From assembly GCA_963665125.2 (NCBI GenBank), contig CAXXUK010000001.1, forward strand, positions 1,600,001 to 1,664,000: 64,000 nt of DNA, written 5' to 3'. The DNA comes from an uncultured Desulfarculus sp. Lineage in GTDB: Bacteria; Desulfobacterota; Desulfarculia; Desulfarculales; Desulfarculaceae. Below the pieces are notes generated by a model. That model saw only the letters and a program-made list of their open reading frames with translations, had not been told where the DNA came from and did not search any database. A program made the position numbers and the translations under genes. Positions 16,428 through 26,926 of the stretch are shown piece by piece. Each line of letters opens with the position of its first letter. The stretch's first letter is position 1.

Positions 16428-17663
16428 ATGGGCCTTTTTTCGTGGCTAAAACCTAAAAATGCCTCCCCTGAGAACCCTTCCACGCCGCTGAGCAATCCGG
16501 CTGAATGGCTGGTGGAGTGGTTCGGCGGCGGCCCCACCGCTTCGGGCGTAACGGTCAGCGAGGAAACCGCTATCCGTTGCGGCGCCGTCTACGCCTGCGT
16601 ATCCCTATTGGCCCAGTCCATCGCATCCTTGCCCCTGCATGTCTACAAGCGCACCGACGATGGCCGCACCAAAGCCAGAGAGCACCAGCTTTTCGGCCTG
16701 CTGCACGACCAGCCCAACCTGAACATGACTTCGGCGGTGTGCCGCGAGCTGTTGATGACCCATGTGCTGCTTTCGGGCAATGCCTATGCCGTCATAGGCC
16801 GCAACCGAGCCGGGCGTGCCGTGGATCTGCTGCCCATCTTCCCCCACGCGGTGACGGTGGAGCGCAAGGACGGACGCCTGCTTTATCGGGTGAGCCTGGA
16901 GGACGGCGGCCAAGAGATCTTCGACCAGTCGGACATGATCCATGTGCCCGGCATGATGTTCAACGGCGTAACCGGGCTGTCGCCCATCAGCGCCTTCAGA
17001 CAGGCCATCGGCCTGGCCCTGGCCACCGAGCAATACGGGGCAGAGCTGTTCAAGAACGGCGCCCGGCCCGGCGGTGTCTTGGAGCATCCCGAGGCCCTGG
17101 GCAAGGACGCCCGCGACAATCTGCGCCAGAGCTGGCAGGAAACCTACGGCGGGCTCTCCAATGCGCACAAGGTGGCCATCCTCGAAGAGGGCATGACCTT
17201 CAAACCCTTGGCCATGAACTCCAATGACGCGCAGTTCCTGGAAACCCGCAAGTTTCAGGTGGAAGAGATCGCCCGGATCTTCCGGGTGCCGCTGCATCTG
17301 ATCGCCCACGTTGAAAAGAGCACCAGCTGGGGCTCGGGCATCGAGCAGCAGTCCATCGGCTTTGTGATCTACACCTTGCGCCCCTGGCTGACCAAGATTG
17401 AGCAGGAGCTCAACCGCAAGCTGTTTGAGCGCGATGCCGACCACTACGTGGAGCACGACGTAAATGGCCTGCTGCGGGGCGACACCAAGAGCCAATCCGA
17501 AATGTACGCATCGGCCATCCAAAACGCCTGGATGACGCCCAACGAGGTGCGCCGCACCCAGAACCTGCCCGCCCTGCCCGGCGGCGATGGCCTGCTTATC
17601 CAAACAAACATCACGCCCATCACCCAGATGGGCTCGGTGCAGGAGGAAACCAATGCTGATTAA
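16428..17663 (+). CDS. HK97-family portal protein
   Basis: AVYACV...IASLPL, GLSPI, DAQFLETRKFQVEEIARIFRVP, TPNEVR. Confidence 0.96.
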   Translation: MGLFSWLKPKNASPENPSTPLSNPAEWLVEWFGGGPTASGVTVSEETAIRCGAVYACVSLLAQSIASLPLHVYKRTDDGRTKAREHQLFGLLHDQPNLNMTSAVCRELLMTHVLLSGNAYAVIGRNRAGRAVDLLPIFPHAVTVERKDGRLLYRVSLEDGGQEIFDQSDMIHVPGMMFNGVTGLSPISAFRQAIGLALATEQYGAELFKNGARPGGVLEHPEALGKDARDNLRQSWQETYGGLSNAHKVAILEEGMTFKPLAMNSNDAQFLETRKFQVEEIARIFRVPLHLIAHVEKSTSWGSGIEQQSIGFVIYTLRPWLTKIEQELNRKLFERDADHYVEHDVNGLLRGDTKSQSEMYASAIQNAWMTPNEVRRTQNLPALPGGDGLLIQTNITPITQMGSVQEETNAD

Positions 17664-18369
17664 GGGCCGACAGGCCAAGCACGAGGTCAAGGCCCAGCCG
17701 CGAAGCTGGTATTCGATCCAGGCCGTGGGCGATGTGGCCACGGTGCGTATCTATGACGAGATCAGCTGGTTCGGCGTCACCGCCGAAGACTTTGCCAACG
17801 ACCTGGACCGCATCGAGGCAGCGGCCATTCACCTGCACCTGAGTTCGCCCGGCGGCGATGTTTGGGACGGCATGGCCATCTACAACGCCCTGAAGCAGCA
17901 CAAGGCCAAGGTGATCACCTTCATCGACGGTGTGGCCGCTTCCATCGCCAGCGTAATCGCCCTGGCCGGTGATGAGGTGCGCATGGCCTCCAACGGCCTG
18001 ATGATGATTCACAACGCCTGGACCCTGGCCGCGGGCAACGCCGCGGACATGATCAAGGCCGCTGAGCTCCTGCAAAAGGTGGACGGCACCATTGCCGGCA
18101 CCTATGCGGCCAAAACCGGCAAGGACGCAGCCGAATTCAAGGCCCTGATGGACGAGGAGACGTGGTTCACCGCCCAGGAGGCCAAGGAGATCGGCTTTGT
18201 GGACGAGATCTACGACGGCAAGACGGAAGACGAGCCCCAGGCCCGCTTTGACCTGAGCATCTTCCGCAATGCGCCCAAGCCCGAACCGGCCCAAGAGCCG
18301 GACAGCCCCATCAGCCGCCAAATGATGATGAAACGCCGCTTGGCAGTGGCCCAGCGGGAATTGCTGTGA
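17653..18369 (+). CDS. ClpP-type prohead protease
   Basis: SSPGG, AASIAS, MIHNA, ETWFTAQEA. Confidence 0.93.
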   Translation: MLIKGRQAKHEVKAQPRSWYSIQAVGDVATVRIYDEISWFGVTAEDFANDLDRIEAAAIHLHLSSPGGDVWDGMAIYNALKQHKAKVITFIDGVAASIASVIALAGDEVRMASNGLMMIHNAWTLAAGNAADMIKAAELLQKVDGTIAGTYAAKTGKDAAEFKALMDEETWFTAQEAKEIGFVDEIYDGKTEDEPQARFDLSIFRNAPKPEPAQEPDSPISRQMMMKRRLAVAQRELL

Positions 18370-18405
18370 GGCGCTGCCCGCAGCGCATAAGCAAAGGAGA
18401 CTGAC

Positions 18406-19656
18406 ATGCTTATCAAGGCCAAACAATTGCGGGAAAAACGCGCCAAGCTGGTCGAGGACGCCCGCGCAATCATGGACAAGGCAGACCTGGGCGCCGATGA
18501 CGAGGCCCGTTTTGACGAGCTGATGGCCGAAGCCGACAAGCTCAAGGCGGAAATCGACCGCCTGGAGCGTCTGGCCGATGCCGAGCACGATCTTTCGGAG
18601 CGCGTCTACCAGCGTGCCGGCCGCGAAGACATCACCACGGGCGAAGCCCAGCGCGACATGGAAGTCGAAAACGAGGTGTTCAACGCCTGGTTGGCGGGCG
18701 GCATGAGCATGCTGAGCGACGAGCAGCGGCAGATCATGGGCCGTTTCCAGGCCAATTCCAATGATCTGCGCCGGATCCAGAATGCCCAGTCCACCGGAGC
18801 CAATACCGGCGGCGGCTACCTGGTGCCCGACGACTTCCGCGCCCTTCTCGAGAAGGTCATGAAGGAATTCGGCGGTATGCGGTCCGTGGCTACGATCCTG
18901 CCCACGGCCACCGGCGGCACCCTGCTGATGCCCACCACCGACGACACCAGCAACAAGGGCGCGATCCTGGGCGAGAACACCCAGGTCAGCGAGCAGGACG
19001 TGACGTTCGGCCAGGTCAGCCTGGACGCCTACATGTACACGTCCAAGCTGGTGCGCGTGAGCCTGCAGCTGCTGCAGGACAGCGCCATCAACCTGCAGAG
19101 CCTGCTGGCCAGCCTGCTGGGCGAGCGCATCGCCCGCATCGTCAACGAGCACTGCACCATTGGCACCGGCACCGACCAGCCCGACGGCATTGTCACCGCT
19201 TCCACCCTGGGCAAGACCGGCGCCGCCGGCCAGGTTGACAGCGTGACCACCGACGACCTGGTGGATCTGGAGCACTCCATTGATCCGGCATACCGCCGGG
19301 GCGCCAAGTGGATGTTCGCCGACAGCACCTTGAAGGTGCTCAAGAAGCTCAAGGACGCCGATGGCCGCTTCTTGTGGCTGCCCGGTCTGGCCACCAGGGA
19401 GCCGGATACCATCCTGAGCTACCCCTTCACGGTGAACCAGGACGTGCCGGCCATGGCCGCGGGCGCCAAGAGCATTCTGTTCGGCGCTCTGCACAAGTAC
19501 ATCATCCGCGATGTGCTGGGGATCCACATGATGCGCCTCAACGAACGCTACGCCGATTACCTGCAGGTGGGCTTCATGGCTTTCAGCCGTCATGACGGCG
19601 AATTGTTGGACGCGGGCGCCCACCCGGTGAAGCACTACGCCAACGCCGCCAGCTAG
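18406..19656 (+). CDS. HK97-family major capsid protein
   Basis: N-terminal coiled-coil delta domain, GGYLVP, VSLQLLQDS, KLKDADGR. Confidence 0.95.
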   Translation: MLIKAKQLREKRAKLVEDARAIMDKADLGADDEARFDELMAEADKLKAEIDRLERLADAEHDLSERVYQRAGREDITTGEAQRDMEVENEVFNAWLAGGMSMLSDEQRQIMGRFQANSNDLRRIQNAQSTGANTGGGYLVPDDFRALLEKVMKEFGGMRSVATILPTATGGTLLMPTTDDTSNKGAILGENTQVSEQDVTFGQVSLDAYMYTSKLVRVSLQLLQDSAINLQSLLASLLGERIARIVNEHCTIGTGTDQPDGIVTASTLGKTGAAGQVDSVTTDDLVDLEHSIDPAYRRGAKWMFADSTLKVLKKLKDADGRFLWLPGLATREPDTILSYPFTVNQDVPAMAAGAKSILFGALHKYIIRDVLGIHMMRLNERYADYLQVGFMAFSRHDGELLDAGAHPVKHYANAAS

Positions 19657-19705
19657 GCCGTAAACGGGGCTGGTTTTTCCTGCCCCTGAACAGGGAGCGG
19701 AACAA

Positions 19706-19846
19706 ATGAAGGTAAAGATGCTGACCGCCATGGCCGGGATGAACTTCAGCTACAGGCCCGGCCAGGTGGTCGATGTAAAGGACGCCCACGGCAAGGCCTG
19801 GATCAAGGCGGGCATCGCCGAAGCGGCTGAAGGAGACAAGAAGTAG
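19706..19846 (+). CDS. Small virion-associated protein (46 aa, not in the ORF track)
   Basis: MKVKMLTAMAG...PGQVVDV...AWIKAGIAE; GGGAG RBS; abuts the next start. Confidence 0.7.
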   Translation: MKVKMLTAMAGMNFSYRPGQVVDVKDAHGKAWIKAGIAEAAEGDKK

Positions 19847-20440
19847 ATGGCCCTGACGCTGATCACGCCGCCCGCTGCCGAGCCCATTGGTGTTGATAAG
19901 GCCAAGGAGCACGCAAACATCGCCGCGGATTTTACCGCCGATGATGCGCTGCTTGAAGGCTTCATTATCACGGCTAGGCAGAGGGGCGAACTCCTGACCA
20001 ATGCGGCCTGGATCCAGTCCACCTGGGAAGAGCGGCTTATTGCTTTTCCCAAGGGCTTAATCCGCCTGCCCCTGCACCCGGTGCAAGAGGTGATCAGCGT
20101 CAGCTACATCGACGGGGACGGCCAAAGCCAGGCCCTGAGCACCGACGACTATCAGGTGCGCATCTTCGGCCAGTTGAGCCAGTGCGAGTTGCACCCGGCC
20201 TATGGCCGCAGCTGGCCCGCGGCTAGGGCAGTGCCCGATGCGGTGACGATCCGCTTTACCGCGGGCTGGCCAGTGGATGAGGTGCCCGAGGCTCTGCTTA
20301 CCTGGCTCAAGGCCATGGTCAGCACCATGTACGAGCACCGGGAAGACATCCAGGCCGGTTACGGCCAGGGCTTGCAGAAACTGCCGGGCCGTTTCTTCGA
20401 TGGGCTCTTGGACCGCTACACGCTCAAGGAGATGGCCTGA
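19847..20440 (+). CDS. Head-tail connector protein
   Basis: ITPPAAEPI...AKEH, VPEAL, MYEHRE; synteny. Confidence 0.88.
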   Translation: MALTLITPPAAEPIGVDKAKEHANIAADFTADDALLEGFIITARQRGELLTNAAWIQSTWEERLIAFPKGLIRLPLHPVQEVISVSYIDGDGQSQALSTDDYQVRIFGQLSQCELHPAYGRSWPAARAVPDAVTIRFTAGWPVDEVPEALLTWLKAMVSTMYEHREDIQAGYGQGLQKLPGRFFDGLLDRYTLKEMA

Positions 20441-20775
20441 TGGGAGCCGGACAGCTGCGCCATATCGTCACCATCCAGCGCCAGAAGCAGGCCACAGGCG
20501 GCATGCTCGAGCCCGTGCGCACCTGGGAAGACGTGGCCAACAACGTGCGGGCCGGGATCGAACCTCTCAACGGCAAGGAATATCTCAGCGCACGGCAGAC
20601 CCAGGACGAAGTGAGCGTGCGCATTCGGATGTGGTATCGGGACGGCGTTGAATCATCCATGCGAGTGGTGCACGGCAGCGAGATCTACAACATCGCCAGC
20701 GTGATCGACCCGGATAAACGCCACCGCAAATTGATTCTGATGTGCACCCAAGGGAGCGAAGGCGATGGCGCGTAA
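20440..20775 (+). CDS. Head closure / head-tail adaptor protein
   Basis: AGQLRHIVTIQ, IEPLNGKEY, YNIASV. Confidence 0.88.
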   Translation: MGAGQLRHIVTIQRQKQATGGMLEPVRTWEDVANNVRAGIEPLNGKEYLSARQTQDEVSVRIRMWYRDGVESSMRVVHGSEIYNIASVIDPDKRHRKLILMCTQGSEGDGA

Positions 20776-21148
20776 ACGCGGCGGCCTGGTCAAGGCCCAC
20801 GTAGAGACAAGAATGCCGGACGACATTGATCTGTCGGCCATCCTGGATCAGGTCGAGGGCGCCGAAGAGCGCTTGGCCACGGTGGTGGCCGAAGAGGCGC
20901 GGAACAGCACGGCCTTTACCGACGATACCGGCAAGCTGCGCAAGTCCATCAAGGTCGAGAAGAACCCGGACGGCCCAGGCTATGTGGTTTCGGCCCGTGA
21001 CCCCAAGGCCCATCTCATCGAGTTCGGGCACGCCATGGTCACAAAGGACGGCAGAACGGTTGGCCATGTAGAGGCCAAGCCCTTCCTTGGCCCGGCCAGA
21101 GACAAAGTGTTGCCCATGGCCAGGCAGATCATCGAGGGCAACGGATGA
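20765..21148 (+). CDS. HK97 gp10-like neck protein
   Basis: DTGKLRKSI, AHLIEFG, AKPFLGPA. Confidence 0.85.
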   Translation: MARKRGGLVKAHVETRMPDDIDLSAILDQVEGAEERLATVVAEEARNSTAFTDDTGKLRKSIKVEKNPDGPGYVVSARDPKAHLIEFGHAMVTKDGRTVGHVEAKPFLGPARDKVLPMARQIIEGNG

Positions 21149-21531
21149 AGGCGCTGTTTGAAGCCCTGGCCGAACGGTTTAGCGGCTCGGCCCTGGACAC
21201 GGCCTTGGCCGGCAAGCTGTTTGCCGGACGGGCGCCCCAGAGAACGGCGCTGCCCTACGGCTCTTACATCCAGGTGTCGGACGTGCCCAGCTACACCTTT
21301 GACACCACCCATGAGCGCGTGACCCTGCAGTTCGATCTGTACGCCCGGGAAAAGGCCCAGGCCGCGGATCTCTACGAGACGCTCAAGGCCGTTTTCGATG
21401 ACTGCAGGCTGAATGTCAGCGGCTATTTATTCGGCAAGATGGACCGCATCTTTGCCCAGGAATTACAGGAAAAACACTGCTGGCGGTGGATCGTCCAGCA
21501 TGTTGTAACGCTTGAAAAAACAAGGAGCTAG
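21145..21531 (+). CDS. Tail terminator protein (DUF3168-like)
   Basis: APQ...LPY, QFDLYA; synteny. Confidence 0.7.
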   Translation: MKALFEALAERFSGSALDTALAGKLFAGRAPQRTALPYGSYIQVSDVPSYTFDTTHERVTLQFDLYAREKAQAADLYETLKAVFDDCRLNVSGYLFGKMDRIFAQELQEKHCWRWIVQHVVTLEKTRS

Positions 21532-21534
21532 AAA

Positions 21535-21993
21535 ATGGCAACTTATAGCGGGCGAAAAGCCAGGATTACCGTCAACGCCTCCACCACCGAAGCGCTTATC
21601 ACCGAGATGGGCAACTGGTCCGTGAACCGGAGCGCCGAAGAGGTTGATGCTTCCGCCTTTGGTGACGGCTGGGGCAAGTCCGATGTGGGCATGAAGAAAT
21701 GGTCCGGCTCCATCAGCGGCCATTACGACCCGGCGGACGCCGACGGCCAGAAGGTGCTGGAAGACGCCTACGACAGCGGCGAGCTGATCAGCGATATCCG
21801 CTTCTACATCCAGTACAGCGAAACCAGCGGAGACACCATCCGCTATCTGGCGCCGGATACGGCCAGCGATCCCAAGGCCGGTCTGCGCGTCACCGGCTTC
21901 GACTCCAACGTGGACAAGTCCGGCGTGGCTCAGCTCTCCGTGACTTTCAGCGGCAGCGGCCCGGTCAAGACATTTGAAGCGGTGGTGGCGTAA
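21535..21993 (+). CDS. Tail tube (major tail) protein
   Basis: EVDASAFGD, KWSGSISG, SVTFSGSG. Confidence 0.8.
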   Translation: MATYSGRKARITVNASTTEALITEMGNWSVNRSAEEVDASAFGDGWGKSDVGMKKWSGSISGHYDPADADGQKVLEDAYDSGELISDIRFYIQYSETSGDTIRYLAPDTASDPKAGLRVTGFDSNVDKSGVAQLSVTFSGSGPVKTFEAVVA

Positions 21994-21995
21994 CC

Positions 21996-22379
21996 ATGGC
22001 CATGAAATTCAACCTCGAAGAGCTCAACCCCGGCACCTGGTTCGACCTGGGCGAAGACGCCCGCATCTGCCTGCGGGTTTCCAACAAGGATCTGCTTTCG
22101 GCCATCAACAAAAAGGCCACCAAGCAGAAGTGGGACAAACGCGCCCGCCAGATGGTCACGGAAACCGATGACGAAGTGTCCTTTGAGATGCTCCACGACT
22201 ACTGCGTGGTCGATTGGGAAGGCATCGAGGATGAAAAGGGCAAGACCATCGAGTGCACCAAGGAAAACAAGGTGGCCCTGCTGAGCAAATCGCCGCTTTT
22301 CCTGCAACTGGTTTCGGACTGTCTGAGGCAGTTGAACGAGCAAATGGAAGAGCGCCGGGAGCAGGCCCAAAAAAACTGA
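21996..22379 (+). CDS. Tail assembly chaperone (gpG-like)
   Basis: VVDWEGI; ends in the slippery sequence A AAA AAC TGA. Confidence 0.85.
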   Translation: MAMKFNLEELNPGTWFDLGEDARICLRVSNKDLLSAINKKATKQKWDKRARQMVTETDDEVSFEMLHDYCVVDWEGIEDEKGKTIECTKENKVALLSKSPLFLQLVSDCLRQLNEQMEERREQAQKN

Positions 22380-22690
22380 TCGAGCATGTCACACGGCTCA
22401 GGGAGCGCCCGCCGTGTGACATGTGCGCCAAGATCCACGGCAAACGGGGCGAAGAAACGCCCTGCGATGAATGCACACCGCCCCTGCTGCCGGAAAACGC
22501 GGACGCCGTAACCATCTGGAGCATTGTCCAGGACCAGGTGATTCTGGCCCCCATGGGCGGGCCGGTTGCGGTGAACCAATTGGCCATTCATGAGGCCATG
22601 GCGCTCTACGGGGTCCAAGACAAGCGGGACTGCTTCAAGAAAGTGCTGCTGCTTTCCAGGGAGTTCATAGGCGAGAGTAATGGGAATTAG
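22370..22690 (+). CDS. Tail assembly chaperone extension (gpT-like), reached by -1 frameshift
   Basis: The -1 frame is open from the slippery site to the tape-measure start; LLPENADA...W, MGGPV. Confidence 0.75.
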   Translation, partial: KKLIEHVTRLRERPPCDMCAKIHGKRGEETPCDECTPPLLPENADAVTIWSIVQDQVILAPMGGPVAVNQLAIHEAMALYGVQDKRDCFKKVLLLSREFIGESNGN

Positions 22691-25600
22691 GATACCGGGC
22701 ATATACGTCGAGATAGCCGGGGACACCACCCAGCTGAAGCAGGACATGACCAGGGCTCGCGGCATTGTGCGCGAGACTGCCGAAGACATGTCCGACGCTA
22801 TCGGTAATGCCCTGGATGATGATCGTGTCAAGCGCTACACTAATTCCCTGATCGGCAACCTCAACAGGGCCCACCGGGCAACTCAGGTTGCCGGACGGCA
22901 GTTTGACAAGCTCAAGCTGGATCTGAAAGAAGTCGGCCACGTCACCGGCTTGACCGACCGTGAATTCCAGCAGCTGCATTCGCGCATGCTCAAGACCCAG
23001 GCCACTAAGACCGCTGAGCGTGCCTTAAAGTCTCTGCAAAGCCAGGCCAACCTGACCAACCTGCAAATGGCCAAGCTGCGCCTTCGTATGGGCGACGCCA
23101 CGGGAGCGGCCCGGACCATGGCCGGCGTTGTCGTTTCCAAGTTCCAGGCCGTCACCAGGACCATATTCAACCTAGGCACGGCGGTTGCCGCCCTGGGCGT
23201 CGGCTATGCCGTGGGCGAGATCTACGACGCTGGCAAGGCCGCGGACCAGCTGAACCGCTCGTTCAAGGCCATTTTCGGCAGCACCCAGGCCGCATCCGAG
23301 GAAATGGATTGGCTGCGGGGCGTGGCCGACCGCCTGGGCCAGAACTTCTGGGATCTGACCGACTCCTACAAGGGCATCGCAGCCGCGGCCAGAGGCACGT
23401 CTCTGGAAGGCGAAGCGGTGCGCAATGTGTTCGAGGCCATAACCATGGCCTCCACCGCCCTGGGCCTTTCGTCGGACCAGACCAAGGGCGCCCTGAACGC
23501 CCTGGCCCAGATGATCTCCAAGGGCACCGTGCAGGCCGAAGAGCTGCGCGGCCAGCTGGGCGAACGGCTTTATGGCGCCTTCCAGGTGGCGGCCAGGGCC
23601 ATGGGCGTTTCCACCGAGCAGCTGGGCAAGATGCTCGAAAAGGGCGAAGTTCTTGCCGCGGACTTCCTGCCCCGGCTTGCCGCCGAGATCAAGAAGACCT
23701 ACGGCGAAGAGGCGGTCAAGAACGTAAACAGCGCCACGGCTGCCCAGAACAAGTTCAGTGAGGCATGGTCCGACTTCATTGTCGAGATCTCCACTTCCGG
23801 CGCACTCGACAGCATGACAGAAACCTTGCGCGATCTGACCGAATCGCTCAAGGATCCCGACGCCAAAGACGCGGCCAAGGCCATTGGCCGGGCCATGGCC
23901 ACAATTGTCGAAGTCGGCGGCAACGCGCTCATAGTCCTGGGCAATATCATCAAAAAAGGCCAGGACCTATACGACAAATTTAACCAGCTCACTGATGCCA
24001 CTGAGGAGGCCCAGCGGGATCATTACCGCGAAAGCTACAAAGAACAAATTGCCCGCCTCCAGGAGATCCTTGAAAAGGCCGGTGACGAAGACAATGGCAT
24101 TTATCATCTCACGGAAGCCGGGATTGAGCGTTTCAAGGCCAAGATAGCCGAACTGCAGTACAAGCTGCAGGAACTTGACATCCAGACCGCCGAATCCCGG
24201 GGCAAGCTTGTCGATGCGGCCAATGCCACCGCCGATGCCTGGGGTTGGGCTGCCGACGAATTTAAAAAGGACGCCAAGGCTTCCACTGATGCGGCCCAGA
24301 GCGGTGCCAAAGCAACAGTCAAGGTCAACGAAAAGGCTGCCAAGCAGCTTGAGATCATCCGAAAGAAGCTTGATGAAAAGGTGGCCCGCATCGATGAGGA
24401 CGCCTTCCAGCGGGAAGTGCGGCAACTCGAGGAACTGGAGCAGGAGCACTCCCGCATTTCCGGCAAGCGCTACCTGACCAACGAGCAATACAACGACAAG
24501 CTCAGCGAAATTGGCCGCCGGGCCACCGAAGACGCCATCAGCCAACTCGAAAAAGAAGTCCAGGCCGCGGACAAGGCCGCCGGGCAAAAGTATGAGGCGG
24601 AAAAGACCTGGCTGCAAAAGACCGTGGAGTCCTGGCAGGACTATGACCACCTGCTCGAGGAAGGCACCAAGAACACCGTAAACGCCGTCAGCGATGCCTG
24701 GTTCGGCTTCATCGATGACTTTGATTTCAGCCTGGATGCCATAGGCGACTCTTTCGGCGATTTGGCCGGCACCATCTTCACGATCTGGAAGCGGATGCTG
24801 GCGCAGCTGCTGGCCCAGTGGACCCTGAGCGGCTTTGCCGGGCTGTTCAGCGGCCAGGGCTTCAGCGGTTTCAGCTTGAACATTGCAGGCCAGGCGGGCG
24901 GATCCACGCTGGCTTCGGCCGGTAACGGCATCAGCTCTTTTGTGAGCAGCCTTTTCGGCTCTGCCGGCGGCCCGACCATAACCGATCAGATGGGCAACTG
25001 GCTGGTTTCCACATTCGGCAACAACCCGGCGGGCTGGACGGGCGCCCTGCCCACCAGCACCTTAATGGGCATGGACGCAGCCACTTGGAGCAGTGTCCTG
25101 GGCACGGCCGGGACCGGCTTGGCAGCGGGCATGGCCGGGTACACCCTGGCTCCGCTGATCTACGGCGACGACAACTACAGCGACATTGGCGGCGGGCTTG
25201 GTTCGGCTGCCGGGGCCGTGATTGGCTCGACGCTGCTGCCCGGTATTGGCACATGGGCCGGGGCCATCTTGGGCGGATTGGCCGGCGGCGGCCTGGGCTC
25301 GCTTTTCGGCGGTGACGATGACAGCGATGCCGAAGAGGCTTTGGGCTATTTTGCCCAGAACATTCAAAAGATCACCAGCGGCGAAGACGGCGGAAGGGCC
25401 TGGCTGGACGCCATCAACCAGTACGAAAAGTCCGACAACAAGGCCCGCTCAAAATACGGCGAGCTTCAGGAAATCTATGAAGAGCTGCGCAAGGCCGGTG
25501 CCCTTGAGTGGTGGGCTCCCGACTACTACACAGGCAAAACCAAGGGCCACCTGGACGATGCATCGTATTGGATGGCATCCAGCGCCTTAGGCGGAATTGA

Positions 25601-26924
25601 CGCTGACGACCTTGAAGGCTTTGACCAGTTCAAGGAAGCCATCACCGAGCTTGATGAATTGCTCGGGCCTCTGTCCGGCGGGCTGCGCGGGATCATCGAA
25701 GACCTCGACCTGCAGAACATCAGCGCTGAAGACCTGGCCGCCACCATCGAAGAGCGGCTCACACCGGCTTGGCTGATTCAGAACGAATTGAACCACAACC
25801 TGGCAGATGGGGTTAATGCGCTCACGGCCCATGAGCAGGCCCTGGATCAGACCATAAGCAGTCTGCTGGGCACCACGGACCTGACGGCGGAGGCCCAGGA
25901 CGATCTCATTGATCTATTGATGCGCGAATCGGGCAGCGTGGCTGATCTCACGGCCAAGTACAACCGCTATCAGGAAATACAGGGCCTGCTGAAAAATTCG
26001 TACAGCATGAGCCGCGAGGAAGTCGAGGCCCTGGTTGCCGAAGGCCAGGCCCTGCACCGTGAGCTCGGTCTGGAAAGCAACTCCATGGCCGGGTTGACCA
26101 GCGCCACGGAAAAGATGACCGCGGCCGCGATTATGATGTCCGCGGCCATGAAAGGCATTGATACCGATACGGCCATCGCCGAACTTGACGGCCTGGTTGA
26201 CAAGCTATATGGAGCGGCGGACGGAGCGGACGAGCTTACAACTGCCATAGGCGCGGCCAACGAGGCCGTGGCCAGCCCAACCGAGCAAATTGATACAGCT
26301 GCCAAGGCCCTGGACAGCTACGGCGCCAGTGCTGAAACAGCCGCTGTTTCCTTTGGCAAACTTGCTCTTGGGATACAGGCCGTGGGCGGCATTGATTCCC
26401 TGCCCACCGAATTCAAGGCCATCCTGTCCGACCTCACTTATCACGACGGCGGGCTGATCCCCAGGTACCACGGCGGCGGATTCATCCAGGCCGCCATGGC
26501 GTCCGGCTTCATCACCGAACACGGCGGGGCGCTGCCCCGGATGCACACGGGCGGGCTTGCTTCCGACGAACTGGGCATCATCGCCCAAAGGGGCGAATTC
26601 ATGGTCCAGCGTAGCGCCGTGAACGCCGGAACCCTGCCCTGGCTCACCTATCTCAACGAGTTCGGCCGGGTGCCCGAACTGCCCCCAGCCCTTTTGGCTC
26701 CGGTGGCCGTACCGGGCGTGCAGTCCCAGCGCGGACCCACGGTGCACCTGTCGCAGCAATTCATCATCGACGGCGATGTGGTCGGCGATCAGGGAGCCCT
26801 GAACCGCATCGGAGCCATGGCCGCCAAGGCAGCCAAGGACGGCGCCCTGCAGGCTCTGCGCGAAAGCAGCGCCCGGGGCCAGGTGGTCATAGACGCCCGG
26901 GGCGTCGGGAATCTGAGGGGTTGA
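22680..26924 (+). CDS. Tail tape measure protein
   Basis: 1414 aa, Ala-rich helical; QMISKGTVQAEELRGQLGE tape-measure motif; Gly-rich hydrophobic stretch. Confidence 0.93.
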   Translation: MGIRIPGIYVEIAGDTTQLKQDMTRARGIVRETAEDMSDAIGNALDDDRVKRYTNSLIGNLNRAHRATQVAGRQFDKLKLDLKEVGHVTGLTDREFQQLHSRMLKTQATKTAERALKSLQSQANLTNLQMAKLRLRMGDATGAARTMAGVVVSKFQAVTRTIFNLGTAVAALGVGYAVGEIYDAGKAADQLNRSFKAIFGSTQAASEEMDWLRGVADRLGQNFWDLTDSYKGIAAAARGTSLEGEAVRNVFEAITMASTALGLSSDQTKGALNALAQMISKGTVQAEELRGQLGERLYGAFQVAARAMGVSTEQLGKMLEKGEVLAADFLPRLAAEIKKTYGEEAVKNVNSATAAQNKFSEAWSDFIVEISTSGALDSMTETLRDLTESLKDPDAKDAAKAIGRAMATIVEVGGNALIVLGNIIKKGQDLYDKFNQLTDATEEAQRDHYRESYKEQIARLQEILEKAGDEDNGIYHLTEAGIERFKAKIAELQYKLQELDIQTAESRGKLVDAANATADAWGWAADEFKKDAKASTDAAQSGAKATVKVNEKAAKQLEIIRKKLDEKVARIDEDAFQREVRQLEELEQEHSRISGKRYLTNEQYNDKLSEIGRRATEDAISQLEKEVQAADKAAGQKYEAEKTWLQKTVESWQDYDHLLEEGTKNTVNAVSDAWFGFIDDFDFSLDAIGDSFGDLAGTIFTIWKRMLAQLLAQWTLSGFAGLFSGQGFSGFSLNIAGQAGGSTLASAGNGISSFVSSLFGSAGGPTITDQMGNWLVSTFGNNPAGWTGALPTSTLMGMDAATWSSVLGTAGTGLAAGMAGYTLAPLIYGDDNYSDIGGGLGSAAGAVIGSTLLPGIGTWAGAILGGLAGGGLGSLFGGDDDSDAEEALGYFAQNIQKITSGEDGGRAWLDAINQYEKSDNKARSKYGELQEIYEELRKAGALEWWAPDYYTGKTKGHLDDASYWMASSALGGIDADDLEGFDQFKEAITELDELLGPLSGGLRGIIEDLDLQNISAEDLAATIEERLTPAWLIQNELNHNLADGVNALTAHEQALDQTISSLLGTTDLTAEAQDDLIDLLMRESGSVADLTAKYNRYQEIQGLLKNSYSMSREEVEALVAEGQALHRELGLESNSMAGLTSATEKMTAAAIMMSAAMKGIDTDTAIAELDGLVDKLYGAADGADELTTAIGAANEAVASPTEQIDTAAKALDSYGASAETAAVSFGKLALGIQAVGGIDSLPTEFKAILSDLTYHDGGLIPRYHGGGFIQAAMASGFITEHGGALPRMHTGGLASDELGIIAQRGEFMVQRSAVNAGTLPWLTYLNEFGRVPELPPALLAPVAVPGVQSQRGPTVHLSQQFIIDGDVVGDQGALNRIGAMAAKAAKDGALQALRESSARGQVVIDARGVGNLRG

Positions 26925-26926
26925 CC

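Noticed and set aside
17620..19731. 703-aa minus-strand ORF, and similar long shadows such as 40702..42012, 16605..17741, 12668..13591 and 252..1250
   Set aside because: Antisense to well-supported genes in high-GC3 DNA, with no motifs of their own.
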